Source: Lama glama (Eukaryota). Taken from it: a stretch of DNA of 64,000 bases. Location of the stretch: NCBI GenBank assembly GCA_028534125.1, contig CM052817.1, forward strand, positions 87,298,001 to 87,362,000. The letters run 5' to 3'. Both the position numbers and the translations under genes were made by a program. The notes under the pieces were generated by a model. The model did not search any database, was not told the DNA's origin, and worked only from the letters and a program-made list of their open reading frames with translations. Every line of letters starts with the position of its first letter. Position 1 is the stretch's first letter. This document shows positions 39,064-51,924 of this stretch, piece after piece.

Positions 39064-39500
39064 GATTAGGATGGTACACCCATCAAACTGTAATACCCTA
39101 AGAAGTTCAGGGAGGACACATTTTATGAGCAGAGGAGCAAAAGCAGACCGGATCTTTATTTTCAGCACAGACACAGTCTATGAAGTTAGGGCCTCATGAT
39201 CCTTCTTATTCTTAGGGTCTTAAGCAGAAGGTCTCAGCAAAGGAAACACAAATTTAAAAGGAATATGCTGGCCAAGAAATCAGAGCCATTCTACTTCTTA
39301 GTCCTTAGATATTTTCTCTTCGTTGTGAAGCAGATTTCACCAAGTGTTGGGTTGTTCACCCACTAAAAAGAATACGAGGTGGGATCTGGCTATCCTGCAA
39401 CAAGGCAGTTTTACCTGACCGGTAATGTGTCATTGACACAGCAATCCTGCAGAGCACTGGTGGAACAGCGGGTTCAAGTCTGTGGACGGAGCATATGGCC
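39064..39500 (+). pseudogene. degenerate 28S (LSU) rRNA pseudogene fragment, domains V-VI
   Basis: Colinear with mammalian 28S: ggtacacccatcaaactgtaa, cagggaggaca, gcaaaagc...gatctttattttcag, gggcctcatgatccttct, taagcagaaggtctcag; 39323-39366 matches 41/44 nt of recalled TTGTGAAGCAGAATTCACCAAGCGTTGGATTGTTCACCCACTAA; decayed sarcin-ricin stem-loop aatcctgc...ggaacagcgggttca. Confidence 0.92.
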
Positions 39501-39889
39501 AGTACTATATATAAATAAAATTCAAACTTAAAAAAATTATATTCAAAATAAATTGATTACTGAAATGATCAAACATCACAGCTTTTCAAAAACGTGTTTA
39601 AAATATGTGTATACATGTTCTCTTGTCTAGATGGATATGTATACAGGAGAATATAAGGGAAATGAAGGTGAATGTGCAAAAATTAATCCAGAGGGGAATA
39701 CCAGTAGATAGTAAATGAGTGGCAGGTGCGTTTAAGGTGGAAAATAATTATTTTAATTACAATAGAATAATCTTAATAAATGAATGTCAAAGACTGTGTA
39801 TATACAAGTCTATACACACTAAGCATTAAGACTATGTAGAAATTACATTTAGAATGCACCGTGACATGTTTTCTTACTATAGGAGCTCT

Positions 39890-40590
39890 ACTCAATTTAA
39901 CTCATACATATTAAAGGTTTTTATTATGTGTAAGTTACTTTGCTAGCTCCTGGGGATATAATTGTAAATGTAATATGTATTCTTTTTAAAAAATACATAA
40001 ATTCAGAAAAGAATACAAACAAGTACACAGAGATATGGTGTATTACATACTACGAAGACAAAAAAATAGGAATTTTTAAATGGAAAAGTCTCATTGCCAC
40101 ATGAAATGGCATACCAAATGAGACATAAAGTACAGGTTAAAGATCTTCAGGTGATAAGGAGGTACAAGAAAGATTACTGAAAGACAAGATGTGATTTGTG
40201 TAAATGCCCCTAAAGAAAGGAGAAAGATCATGAAATTACAGGCAGCAAAATAATTCATCTACCTGAAGTAAAAATCATGAAGGTTGGAAAGGTGGATGGT
40301 AGTGGAGTGATAAGATTTGAAACTAGAGAGACAACAGAAAGCCAGTTCATGTTGAGTTCATGTAGTTCATGGATAATAGTCTATGTATACATGTATAATA
40401 ATCGAAGGCCAGTGGCAAGTCAAAAACTTGCAAAGTAGTGGAAGGTGGAAGAGATACATGATCATCTTTGCATGTTGAAAGCCATCTTTATTTTACCATA
40501 GTAAATTGATGAGGAAGGCATCTGGCAAAGGCAGTGAGGCCAAGGGGGAGGTAACTGAAGCTTTCTATGTGAACAATGAACCAGGAGCTT
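39890..40590 (-). mobile_element. L2 LINE relic
   Basis: ttattatgtgtaagttactttgctagctcctggggatataattgtaaat, followed by a purine-rich body (gatacatgatcatctttgcatgttgaaagccatc) typical of reverse-strand L2. Confidence 0.55.
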
Positions 40591-41264
40591 TGGTATTTTT
40601 TATAGTCATGCTTTGTAAGAGATTCAAATTCAAAAATTTATTCAAAATATGACTATTTCAGAGCATAAATATTGGTAATTAAGTTGAATGAAAATACTAT
40701 GTTTTTGTAACTAAATTCAGAGCTGTCCATGTTCTTAGTAGATATACTGCACTAGTATTGAACACCATTTAAATGTGAGATATTGAAAAATTTTTTGTTT
40801 ACTCTACTGACATTTAACCTAATAAAAATTTCATCTAAACAGTATTTAGGACTCAAGTCTATATGGGATATGTCTGCCCTTAGCTTTGCCAGAGGCAAAC
40901 TGTATTTTTGTTGATAGAGTGAGCATTATGCTTTCCTCTGGAATTCCCTGTTCATGGCTTATTCAGTAAGTTCAGTGTGTTCAAAGTACTCTTCTTATTA
41001 TTTGTTTTTCTGAACAGTGGTGAGACCTTGTATAATTTTGCTTTCCATGAATTAAAGTGACAGAGTATTCTTTTCAGAAATAAATTAAATGAAACAGAAA
41101 TAGACACATCTTTTCTCAGTGACAAAGAAAAGCACTATGGGGATAAAATTCATGGGGACAATTATAATACACAATGAAAATGTGTGTGTGTTTTATGACT
41201 TTAGAAAAATATTAACTGTTAATTCATAAAATGATATATATCTTACTTTAAAAGACAGTACTTG

Positions 41265-41583
41265 AGACACTAGTGAACTCATACAAAACAGAAACAGACT
41301 CACAGACATAGTAAACAATCATGGTTACTAGGTGAAAGGGAATGAGAAGGGATAAATTTAGGACTTTGAGATTTGCAAATGTTAGCCAGTATATATAAAA
41401 ATAAATTAAAAAAACCAAATTTCTTCTGCATAGCACAGAGAACTATATTCAATATCTTGTAATAACATTTAATGACAAAGAATATGAAAATGAATATATG
41501 TATGTATATGCATGACTAGGACATTGTGCTGTACACCAGAAAGTGACACATCATAATTGACTGTACTTTAATTAAAAAAAACC
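41265..41583 (+). mobile_element. 5'-truncated LINE-1 3' UTR (camelid type) with A-tail and TSD
   Basis: tgaactcatacaaaacagaaacagactcacagacatagtaaacaatc...ctgtacaccagaaagtgacacatcataattgactgtactttaattaaaaaaa; TSD AAAGACAGTACTTG (41251-41264) / AAAAACAGTACTTG (41584-41597) at a TTT/AAAA endonuclease-type site. Confidence 0.95.
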
Positions 41584-41949
41584 AAAAACAGTACTTGGAC
41601 TAAATAGGGGTTTGTGGCCCTTCCGTCCTTCCCTCAGATCTTTATCCCTCTTTTGTCTTTCGTTTTATTTTATAAATATTTAAAAATTATATAATCATAA
41701 AGACTCTTGGCTGGATTATGTGTTTCAAGACCTAAAAATATAATGAAAGATTTTAACATTTATATCAAAATAAAATTTTATGAAAGAAATAATAGATTTA
41801 ATGTTAATTAATACTGAAACTTAATGTTCACCGTGTTATTCCATGGTACTAAAGTAACAGCATCTTAAGTAGTAACTGCTTAAAAGTGTCATATGTTGAT
41901 TCTTTGAGCAGATTTTTTAAAATGCAACAATGAAAACAAAACAAAATCC

Positions 41950-43156
41950 CTCATAAGCACCTACTCAGATTGATCAAGAAAAAGAAATCCCACAAATTAT
42001 AACAGAATGAATGAGAGAGCAGTTATCACTGTAGAGTCTATAGATAATTAAAGGATAAAAGATAATATTTCGTCCAACTTGATACCAATAAATTGGAAAA
42101 CTTTGTTGAAATGGACAAATTTCTTAGAAAATGCTACTGAGCAGAACTCACATGCCATAAAATAGGAAACTGTAATAGCTTTAAGTCTGCTAAAGAAACA
42201 GAACTCATCATCAAAAATTTTGCTACAAAGAAATTTTAGACCCAGGTAGTTTCACTGTTGAAGTTTATAAAATACTTAAGAAGAGATACTGATCTTATAG
42301 ACATTTATCTAGAAAAGAAAGGAAGAGGTATCTATCTCTTCCTAATTTCTTTATGAGTTTAGAAAAACCATACTCCCCCCAACCTCACAAAGACAAAAAA
42401 AGAAATTTATGGTCTAATATTGCTCATGAATATAGATGCAACAATACTTAAAATATTAGCAATTCAATCCAATAATATATTGAAAGAATAATACATTATG
42501 ACTCAGTAAATGTTATCTCAGTAAAGTAAGGTTGTTTTAACAAACCATTTCAATAGATGCAAGAAAAGAATTTGAAAAATCAACATCAATTTCTGTTCAA
42601 AACTCTTAGTAAATTAAGAATAGAGGGCAACTTCTTCAAGATAAGTATGATAAATCTATAACTAATGTCATATTTAATGGTGAATTATTGAACACACATG
42701 TTTCAGGATATTCACTCCTATTATTTTACATTCTAAGGAAAATACAAAAAAAACCTACAAGAAATATTAACTACATTTTGGCAGAATCACAATACTAATA
42801 TACAAAAGTTAATTTTACTTTCAAACAGTAGCAGCAAACAGAGAGGAAATAAATTTAAAGACATTCTATTTACAACAATGTTAAAATTCATGTCGGTTAA
42901 ACAAACATTTAGCAAAATGTGAATCAAAAATGTATAATAAAAAACAAACTATGGATTTAAGAAATTTTTTTAAATATCTAAAGAAATTATGAGTTATTTT
43001 ATAATCATGGTTTGGAAGAACCAATATTATTAAGAAATCAACTCTTCTTAAAATAAGTGAATATTCAATACAATCTCAGTCAAAATTCTAGTAAGCTTTT
43101 TTTTCATAGTAATCAAAAACTATTTCCAAAATTTACATGGAAATATAAAATATATA
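41950..43156 (+). mobile_element. older L1M ORF2 fragment (decayed, internally deleted)
   Basis: ccaataaattggaaaactttgttgaaatggacaaatttcttagaaaa, ctcatgaatatagatgcaacaatac, catttcaatagatgcaagaaaagaatttga and tcatggtttggaagaaccaatattattaag are L1 ORF2 landmarks; continues at 44256-44405. Confidence 0.85.
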
Positions 43157-43164
43157 GATCAAAT

Positions 43165-44247
43165 TACCTATGACATTTTTCACAGAAATGGAACAAATAA
43201 TCCTAAAATTTGTCTGGACTCACAAAAGACCCAGAATTGCCAAAGTAACACTGAAGAAAAAGAATGAAGCTGGAGGCATACCCCTCTCTGGCTTCAAACA
43301 ATACTATAAAGTTACAGTAATTAAAACAACCTGGTGTTGGTCCAAAAACAGACATATAGATCAATGGAACAGACTAGAGAACCCAGAAATAAACACTCAC
43401 ACCTACAGTCAGTCCATTAATCTTCAACAAAAGAGGAAAGAACATACAATGGAGAAAAAGTCTATTCGGCAAATGGTATTGGGAAAACTGGATAGCAGCA
43501 TGTAAATCAATGAAGTTAGAATGCTCCTCACACAATACACAAAAATAAACTCAAAATGGCTAAAAGACTTAAACATGACGGGATATCATAAATCCCCTAG
43601 AAGAAAATAGGCAAAACATTCTCTGACATAAATTGTAGCAATGTTTTCCTAGCTCAGTTTACCAAAGCAATAGAAATAAAAGCAAAAAACCCAACCACCA
43701 ACCAACCAACCAACTGAACACAAAACCAAACAAACAAATGGTACTTAATTAAACTTACTAGTTTTGCTCAGCAAAGGAAACCATAAACAAACCAAAAAGG
43801 CAACCTACAGGATGGGAGAAAATATTTGCAAATGATGCAACTGACCTTCCAGAATATACAAACAGCTCATATAACTCAATAACAAAAAAACAACATAATC
43901 AAAAAATGGGCCAAAGAACTAAACAGATTTCTCCAATGAAGACATACAGATGGCCAATAGATTTGTGAAAAGATGCTCAATATCGCTAATTATCAGAGAA
44001 ATGCAAATCGAAACTACAGTGAGGTATCACCTCACACCAGTCAGAATGACCATCATTAAAAAGTCCACAAACTATAAATACTGGAAGGGCTGTGGGGTAA
44101 AGGGAACCCTCCTACTCTGTTGGTGGGAATATAATTTGGTGCAGCCACTATGGGAAACAGTATGGAGATTCCTTAAAAAACTAAAAATAGACTTACCATA
44201 TGATCCAGCAATTCCACTCCTGGTAACTCCAATTCATAAAGATGGAT
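43165..44247 (+). mobile_element. younger LINE-1 ORF2 C-terminal fragment (frameshifted), no 3' UTR or poly(A)
   Basis: ORFs 43170-43505 ([23 protein letters not shown]...[15 protein letters not shown]) and 43950-44249 ([22 protein letters not shown]...[35 protein letters not shown]) match L1 ORF2p, including the Cys-rich domain. Confidence 0.96.
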
Positions 44248-44255
44248 GATCAAAT

Positions 44256-44405
44256 CTTTTAAGAAAAAAAGAAAGAAAACAATCAAGGATTTATACTTGA
44301 TTTGAAGATGTGTATAAGTTTATATTAATCAAGACAGTGTGGCATTTGAATGAGGCAAGACAAATCAATGATTAGTGGAAAAAACTTAAAAAGTCAAAAT
44401 GATAA
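44256..44405 (+). mobile_element. continuation of the older L1M ORF2
   Basis: tgatttgaagatgtgtataagtttatattaatcaagacagtgtggcatt resumes the older L1 where it broke at 43156. Confidence 0.75.
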
Positions 44406-46809
44406 GCAAAACAAAAACAAAGAGATATTGTTACAAATTGCAATTAACACTCTAATAGCTAAGCCCTTTTCCAAATATTCAACAATTATCCATTCAAATA
44501 CAATACTTTGCATTTTATTTGGTTGTGTTTTCTACGTGCCTTATCAAGGTTTATTTATTTAGTAAGCATTATCTATTTTAATCATGGTTGTAGTAAATAT
44601 TTATCAAAATGTCTTTTCATTTTTCTGGTGTTTTGTTATATAAAGTTGTTTTTATTCTTACATCATTAAATGTACAATGGGATGTATCAATATTCTTCCA
44701 TTGGTTTTGACTTTCCTTATTTTTTATCTCTTTCCTGCTTTTTAATAGTTTTCGATCTTTAATTTAATCTATAAAATGAATTATTTATTTGGTTGAAAGG
44801 CAGAGTGATCATGTTGAGACACTGTTCTAATTTTATTTCTCCACTACTGTTCCTCCTTTAATAGGACTTCTAGTTTAAAATGGTATCAGCCTAGGCACAT
44901 ATAACATTGTCTTTTCGAACTTTTTAGTTAATCACAATAAGAAAAATCAAAAAGGGCAAAAATTTAACAACTACATCACTAATTAAGAAAGATCAGTTAT
45001 TGTCAGAACTCATATCCAACAGCAAACAATCAAAATTCTCAGTTAATATAACATGATGAAGTAATTTCTCTCCAAATGCTTTAAGCCATATTAAAGAAAA
45101 AAAAATAGAAGTTTCCATTCCAAACACAGTGTTATCATGTCTTATTTTTGTGATAATGAACTTTAGAAAAAATTTTGAGGTACATATGAACTTAAAAAAT
45201 TAATTTGCTTTTCTTCAGCACTTCTTTCAAATTTGTATATATTTCTGTTTAGTAAGTGCAAGATTGACAAAGAGATGCCTGAATTCATGATAAATATATT
45301 GAATTACTATTTCTGAGTGATAATTTGCCTATATTTTTATAAAGCATTAGTCAAAATTTTATCAGTTTTACTGCCATTCCTGTTTCTGAAATCTTAGAAT
45401 ACAAATTAAAACATACACTGTTAAAAATAGTTTAGCTTTTTATTTGGTTTGATCATTAATTTAAATTCACTTTTTATCCTTTTATAAGACTATTTGTAAG
45501 TTCTTATCACATAGTCTATTTTTAATGTTCTACATTTTAAATAATAGATTTTTTTAACCTCTAAGAGATGATTTTACCTTTCTCCTGAATATCTATTTGA
45601 AATAGTCAGCAGGATTAAAATATTTCAAAGGAAAACTGAAATATGTCATGTAAGTATTCATTCATGAGTACCTGCTCAGCAATTTAATGTATAGATTTTG
45701 AAAACAGATAAAGCAAATCAATAGGAGCCACAATGTTTATAAAAGCCATAGATTACTGCATTTTTAATATTTTAATGCTTTATCACTTGTTTTTAAAAAG
45801 TAAGTGAAAGGTTATTTGAAAGTCACTGTTTCCTGTATGAGATTTCATTAATTTTTCAAGTGAGTATTTCCCAGAGATGCTTGACTTAAGAACTGCTTAA
45901 AATGAAAATGTGCCTAAAAAGAAAAGACGCTGCTCTGAGACGTGCTCCTTGAACACGTTTGGCGGCTCAGAACCCCGGACAAATTCTCAAAAAAACATTT
46001 TTACTCCATTAAAAAGTAACATTGCACCTGTCACTGATACATAAAATATTGGTATACATTTTAAATGTATCTACTACTCACATAGTTTTTCACTAATCCT
46101 TCTATGCAATTGTATGAGATTCAAACATCAGTTCATTCTAAATGAGTTAAAGTATTTTATTTCTCTGTAAAGTAAAATTTGTACATTTTGTCTTATCTTT
46201 TTCTGTCATAATAATGTGAGTGGTCAGGGATGTTATAATAGAGAAAACAGTTTATACTATTTATTATGTTTCTCTTAGAGGTTTCAAAAGGAAAAGTAGT
46301 CAGAGTGATAATTATTTTGGGGGGAAGAAAACACTGGGGCAATGACAACTAAGTAACTTCCCCAAAATAGACTAGAGAAGACCATATTGAAGCTCTGATG
46401 AAGCTGATTTCAGAATTTTATTTCTTAATATTCTAGCCTTTTTTTAAGGTAAATAAAGTCAAGAGACGTGGATAGTAAATTAATATAGATCTACATACGT
46501 CAATAAATTTTATATTCATTAAAAATTTTTATAATATATCTCACACGAACATAACAGATGGTACTGCTTTCATAAAATGCTAGCATCAACATAGAAATTA
46601 ATAGATTTAATTAACATTAATTTATCTGAATTTTAAAAACTAGGGTATTTTATACCAGTGTTGTTTTAAATTTTATACAAAACACAGAGACAGGAAAATC
46701 TTCATGTATTTATTCTATAGCATGTATGTTTACACATATATGTATCATATATCATATATGTAATACCTCCCATATATAATTTTAACACAAAAAGCAGCTT
46801 TACAGCCTG

Positions 46810-47330
46810 GTTAAACCACAAGTGCTCTGGTACAAGGAAACGTAGCTGACAAGTGTACCAGGTCTTATAATAAGAATCTCCTTCACTTACTCTAACAAGC
46901 CAATGCCCTGTTTCCCAAGAACATTCTTTTGGAGACTCTTGAATGTGTACGTGCCTTGAAAGGACGGCCTAGCTACATTGTGATTTTCTCTTTTTATCTT
47001 CAGTGTTTGGAATTCAGCTCAGGTCAAGACCAAAGAAGCAATTCTACCTCGTAAGTGCTGCAGCTGGTTTCGTCCAGGGCCCCTCCATTCAGAGCAAGGG
47101 AAGGAGTGGCAGACTCAGGCGAGATTAGTTTAAAAGGAAAATCAATATTGCTTCCTCAACCTCATGAAGTCTTGAGCTACCCTGGCCAGGATCCAAAGAA
47201 GAAAGGCTCAAGTAGAAGAAACTTGGCTGGCGGTGAGAATGGTGCTCAGAGACATATACCAGGTTATTTGGACTTTTGCCAAATATACCACTCGCATGGG
47301 TTCCCTCCAACCATCTGGTTTAATTAAAAA
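46810..47330 (+). mobile_element. ancient LTR fragment (LTR78-like)
   Basis: GC-richer island; aaacgtagctgac...ataag...aacaagccaatgccctg...agaacattc...cttgaatgtgtacgtgcctt resembles my recollection of LTR78; family uncertain. Confidence 0.45.
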
Positions 47331-47799
47331 ATACAAATATTGGGAAACAATAAGCCAAAGGTTTCTTTCCCTTAGCCATGTGTTACTATTGTTTAGATAT
47401 GAACTGAATTATGTTTTTCAAATATTAAAGAGTTTCTAAAATGTATGTATAAATATAACATAAGAAACAAATAACAAATCATTCTTATGATACTAATATT
47501 ACAAACTAGTAGTGAATTCTATCAAAATCTCATCAATGCAAACTATTTGGATTTATCTAAATAGTATGTTTTCCCTTTTTTGTAGACACAAATCAGGAAA
47601 TTTTAATCAAAATTCACTTCCAGAAGTTATTTTAATGTCATAGAAATACATTGTTTTCTTTGTTTTGCTTAACCATTCAAAATTAAAAGTTTCCAATACC
47701 AAACAGAATCAAAATAAATGTAAAATTCTACTGATATCAGGTGAAAATTTGATGCATGAAATATGTCTCAATTTGTGTATTTTTTAAATTCTACAAATA

Positions 47800-47960
47800 A
47801 TGTCCATTGTGTGCTTGATGTTGTTTTAAGATCCGAAGAGAAAAATAATGAACACAGTAAAGATCATCCCATTTCTCATGGAGACTGAGTTAAACAGGAA
47901 GACCAATGTTAATTTGACCATGTGAACAAATCACTAAATGAACAGAATTATGATACAGTG
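47800..47960 (-). mobile_element. L2 relic
   Basis: tgaacacagtaaagatcatcccatttctcatggagactgagttaaacaggaagac resembles the reverse of the L2 3' region. Confidence 0.45.
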
Positions 47961-48930
47961 TTTTCTTTACCCCAGTACATCTTTTCCCCCATTAACATAA
48001 TTCCCCACTGAGCAGAGAATCACATAAATGTAGTTTAAAAATATTCTAATCAAATCACTTTGGGTATGTTGAAACACTGATGTCTTTAATGTCTTTACCT
48101 TCCTGGATGACGATACAAATGGACTTCTAATGTTCTCCACACAATTTTATTTTATTTTTTCCATACTATTTTTTTCAGACTAGTAGTGCCCATTATACCA
48201 CAAAAATTGCAATACTGACTCTTAAGACCATGGATGTGTGTTTTTCTTTCAAGGCCTAACTGGAATTAAAAAAGCACACTTAAACATTACAGTTAATTTT
48301 CTAATGTATTTTGGGGGAATATAATATTGAGAAAGTATTCCAAAGGATACTTTGGAAGGATGTTCCTCTTTTGTCCAGTATCATTATTCCTAAGTACACA
48401 AATAATTCCATGCTGACTTTTTGTTTTTTCACTTTTATCTTGTCTTAAAATTTTTGAACAAATGCAAAACACAGATAACTGCCTTGCAAAGTGGAAAACA
48501 ATTTCAATCTTTCATACTCAAGGCTACTTTGCAAAGAGTGAATGGTGCTGTATAGCATAGAAAGTTTCAAATAAATCATAATTCTTTGAATTTAGAAAGA
48601 TGGAGAGCGACTGTAGTAACCAAATTAGATGTCACACTACGCTAAATATGCAAAAAAAAATCTTTGTGCAGATGGTGAAAATCAAATCCATTCTCAACTT
48701 CACAAGGCATGTCTATATGATGAAAAATATCAGTTTAACAAACCATCCATCTGCCATATTCAACCATTTTAAAACCAAATAAATCCAATGTAAATATCTG
48801 GTGGCTAATAGTACACAAATACTTTGACTTTTTAAAATTATAAGTAATAGATATAACTCCATTCAACAATTCTTTGATAAGCACTATTTATCATATTCAC
48901 TATAATTATTTATAGTTACATAAATTATAC

Positions 48931-48990
48931 AGTCACTATTAAGTTTTTTTAGTCACTATTAAGTCACTGTCATTATAGTCACTAATAAGG
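48931..48990. repeat. short degenerate tandem repeat of AGTCACTATTAAG
   Basis: Full copies at 48931 and 48951, a partial at 48962 (agtcactgt) and a variant at 48977 (agtcactaataag). Confidence 0.8.
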
Positions 48991-49724
48991 TGGATGTGGT
49001 GTTAAGGTATCGTAATTGATATTTTTAAAGCAAAGTCATTAATTAAAAATGAAAAAATACTTAGTTCAATGAAATATATCACTAGATGTAAACATCATAT
49101 CTATGTTTATATCTATATATTAGTAGATATGGATATCTATGTCTATATAAATCTATATTGAATATATACATACACTATACCTATCTATGTATTACATACG
49201 CAAACATATATTCCATCTCTTCTCTTCTGAAACAATTTTACAAAATAAAAATCAAAGAAAAGCTTAATGTCTGATGTTAGCTTATAAAATCTGTGTGATG
49301 TTAATAATGTTTTTTCATTTGTAGGGTGACTATAATGGTGTTTGTGTTTAACTAGTGTATATGAAATTATTTCTCAATAGAAAGTTGAGAAAACTAGAAT
49401 ATAAAATGTTCTTGTAATATTATATATTCACAAGTAAATGCAAGACTATATATAACATATTACATATGAATACAGAAATATATACAAGACCAAGGCTTGT
49501 ATGAAAAAAACTTAATTAGCATGCATTTTTGTATTCAGTAAGTCAAATTTTAAACATAAACTAATAAAATGAAACTATCAGATTACAGAATTAAGATCTA
49601 CGATGACCAACACAGACCCCTGTAGTGTAAGTGAGGGCCTACAGTAGAGGTTACTGAGAGGCCAGTGTTAACAGTGGCCGGAGGACACCCAGAAGTACAA
49701 GGGAAGATGGTGAGCAGGGGTTTT

Positions 49725-49790
49725 GACTGTTGAGCAATGTGCCCAAAGTCGAAGAGCTAGTAAGTGACAGAGCTAAGACCTGAACGCTAA
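49725..49790 (-). mobile_element. MIR core fragment
   Basis: gcaatgtgcccaaagtcgaagagctagtaagtgacagagctaagacctgaac resembles the reverse MIR core. Confidence 0.6.
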
Positions 49791-50898
49791 TGGCGTGGCC
49801 CATTCTCCCTCCCACTCTTCTACAAAGCCTTCATCTCTCAGTTCACATTGTGAACCATGTAACAATGTCACTGAGTACATGGCATTACCTTTATTTACAG
49901 ATACATAAATATCTGGTCAAATGGACTTCTTTATACTTAGTGTTTCTTGAATTTGATTTTAAGGTTATAATGTCTGTCAAAACCTTTGCAGTAGCTTCCA
50001 GATTGCATTCCTTTTTAAAATTTGCAGTCACTAGTTTTATCTGAAAATAAATTTAATTTGAGATAAGAAGTTGAAGTCTAAATTTATTCATTTCTCCATA
50101 CGGAGAGATGGTTTAGTAGTCACTATTTATTTTGCAAGCTTTTAAAGCCTTTACTTAATCCTTGTACTTTGATGATTAATAGTGAACAGTCACTTCAGTT
50201 CAATGGACGATGATATTAGAGCAACACAGACTTGGCTATTATTAAGATACACTGGCCATTTGACAGACAAAACTAGTGGCTATTGTTGAATTGGTTTGTA
50301 GTTTTGGGGGGTGTGTGTGAATGAGAGAGAGAGAAGAGAGGGACTGGTTACATTAGTTGCTTAGTTGCCCATTTTTCTATGGAAATTAATTTTGCCTTGT
50401 TCTTACTTAAAAAGACTATATATTTATATATTTTCAGATTTAGTTTCTTTTCCTTATCATAAAATTTGCAGAGTATCCTGATTTGCTACTTGCCTTTTAA
50501 TTTTATGTCTGCATTACAAGCACTCAAAATGTTTTCATGTAGACAGATATAGATTTAATTTTTCTTGATAGAATATTTATGTCTTTTGAGCTAAGAAGTG
50601 CTCACTTGAGTCAAAGATTATATTACACTGTGATTATCATCTCTGTCTGATCAATTCTATCTCTTTGCTTTATTCTAAATTGAGGAATAGATCTTTTGAG
50701 TTTTCCGTGTACTTCACTGATTAGATTATATGCAATATCAACTGTTTGGCTCTTTCTAAATCTTGTGAACATTTTATACAAACTTTTATCTCTGCTGCCA
50801 TCCCAACCTGCTCTCTTTTCATTAGATAGCCTATCTTTTTAAAAATAAGTCTACAGATTATGGCTCTGTGGAGATGTAAATATTTTCGTACATAGAAT

Positions 50899-51324
50899 TG
50901 CAGAGGATACATTGGTGTTCTTCCCAGATTCCCGCTGATCCTTTTGATGTTTCTGTGGCATCTGTGTGTTTGCTTCACAGCCATCTCATATAGGATTCTC
51001 TTCAGATGACTATGCCAGGTTGGTTAGCTTGCTTTTCAGGGAGAACTGCCTAGGAGTTTTCAACCCTGGGGTGAAGGGAAGGAGCAAGGACTTAGCCAAT
51101 AACTGATGGTTAGGGGGAATCAACACTCAGCTGTCTTTCTAGAGCTGGGACACACTCAGTCATGATTTACACTCTGGAGCTTCCCTGGAGTGGAAAAGGG
51201 AAGATGGAAACTGGGATGTGTCCTCTTTCTTCTAAACTTCCTAACTCTCACTCTTACTCTTCCACCAAACTTCCTAGTAAATCCTCATCTTGGGATCTGA
51301 TTCTGTGGCACCAGACTTAGGACA
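50899..51324 (+). mobile_element. ERVL solo LTR (LTR16-like)
   Basis: TG...CA termini (tgcagaggatacattggtgttcttcccagattccc ... aatcctcatcttgggatctgattctgtggcaccagacttaggaca); TSD AGAAT/AGGAT (50894-50898, 51325-51329). Confidence 0.75.
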
Positions 51325-51424
51325 AGGATTTTCCTCTGAAATTTCACAGAGATGTAAGACCATGTTTAACTCTATTATATTTTACATATTGTTATATAAT
51401 ATGTATAATATATAATGTCATATA

Positions 51425-51901
51425 CAGACAGTCCCTGACTTACAATGATTCAGCTTAAGTTTTTTTTACTTCATAATGGATAGTGCAAAAGTGATACGTA
51501 TTCAGTAGAAGCAAACTTCGAGTTTTGAATTTCAATCTTTCTTAGGCTAGCAATATGAGGTAGATGCTTACTCAGGATGCTGGGCAGGGGCGGCGAGCCA
51601 CAGCTCCCAGTCAGCCGTGGGATCACAAGGGGAAAGAACTAATATACTTATAACCATTCTGAGCCCACACTACCATTCTGTTTTTCACTTTCAGTACAGT
51701 ATTTGATAAATCACATGAGATGTCAATACTTTAACTATAAAATAGGCTTTGTGTTAGATGAATTTGCCCAACTGTTGGCTAATGTAAGTGATATGAGCAC
51801 ATCTAGGTGGGCCAGGCTAAACTATGTTGTGCAGTGGGATAGGTGTGTTAAATGCACTTTTGACTTATGATATTCTTAATTTACAACAGATTACCTGGAT
51901 G
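51425..51901 (-). mobile_element. TcMar-Tigger element (MER47/Tigger5-like), one end missing
   Basis: TA then cagacagtccctgacttac terminus; accattctgtttttcactttcagtacagtatt...aaaataggctttgtgttagatga...gcccaactg...aggtgtgttaaatgcac match the reverse of MER47. Confidence 0.88.
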
Positions 51902-51924
51902 TATATATTACCTGGATGGATTTG

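Noticed and set aside
46815..47327. By-eye resemblance of translated frames to mononegavirus proteins (bornavirus N-like SGEIS and RRNLAGGENGAQ; L-protein-like KEERLK...LRDIYQVI)
   Set aside because: Matches to different viral proteins overlap the same bases in different frames and need several indels, which suggests chance. An LTR78-like origin is simpler. A frameshift-aware HMM search would settle it.
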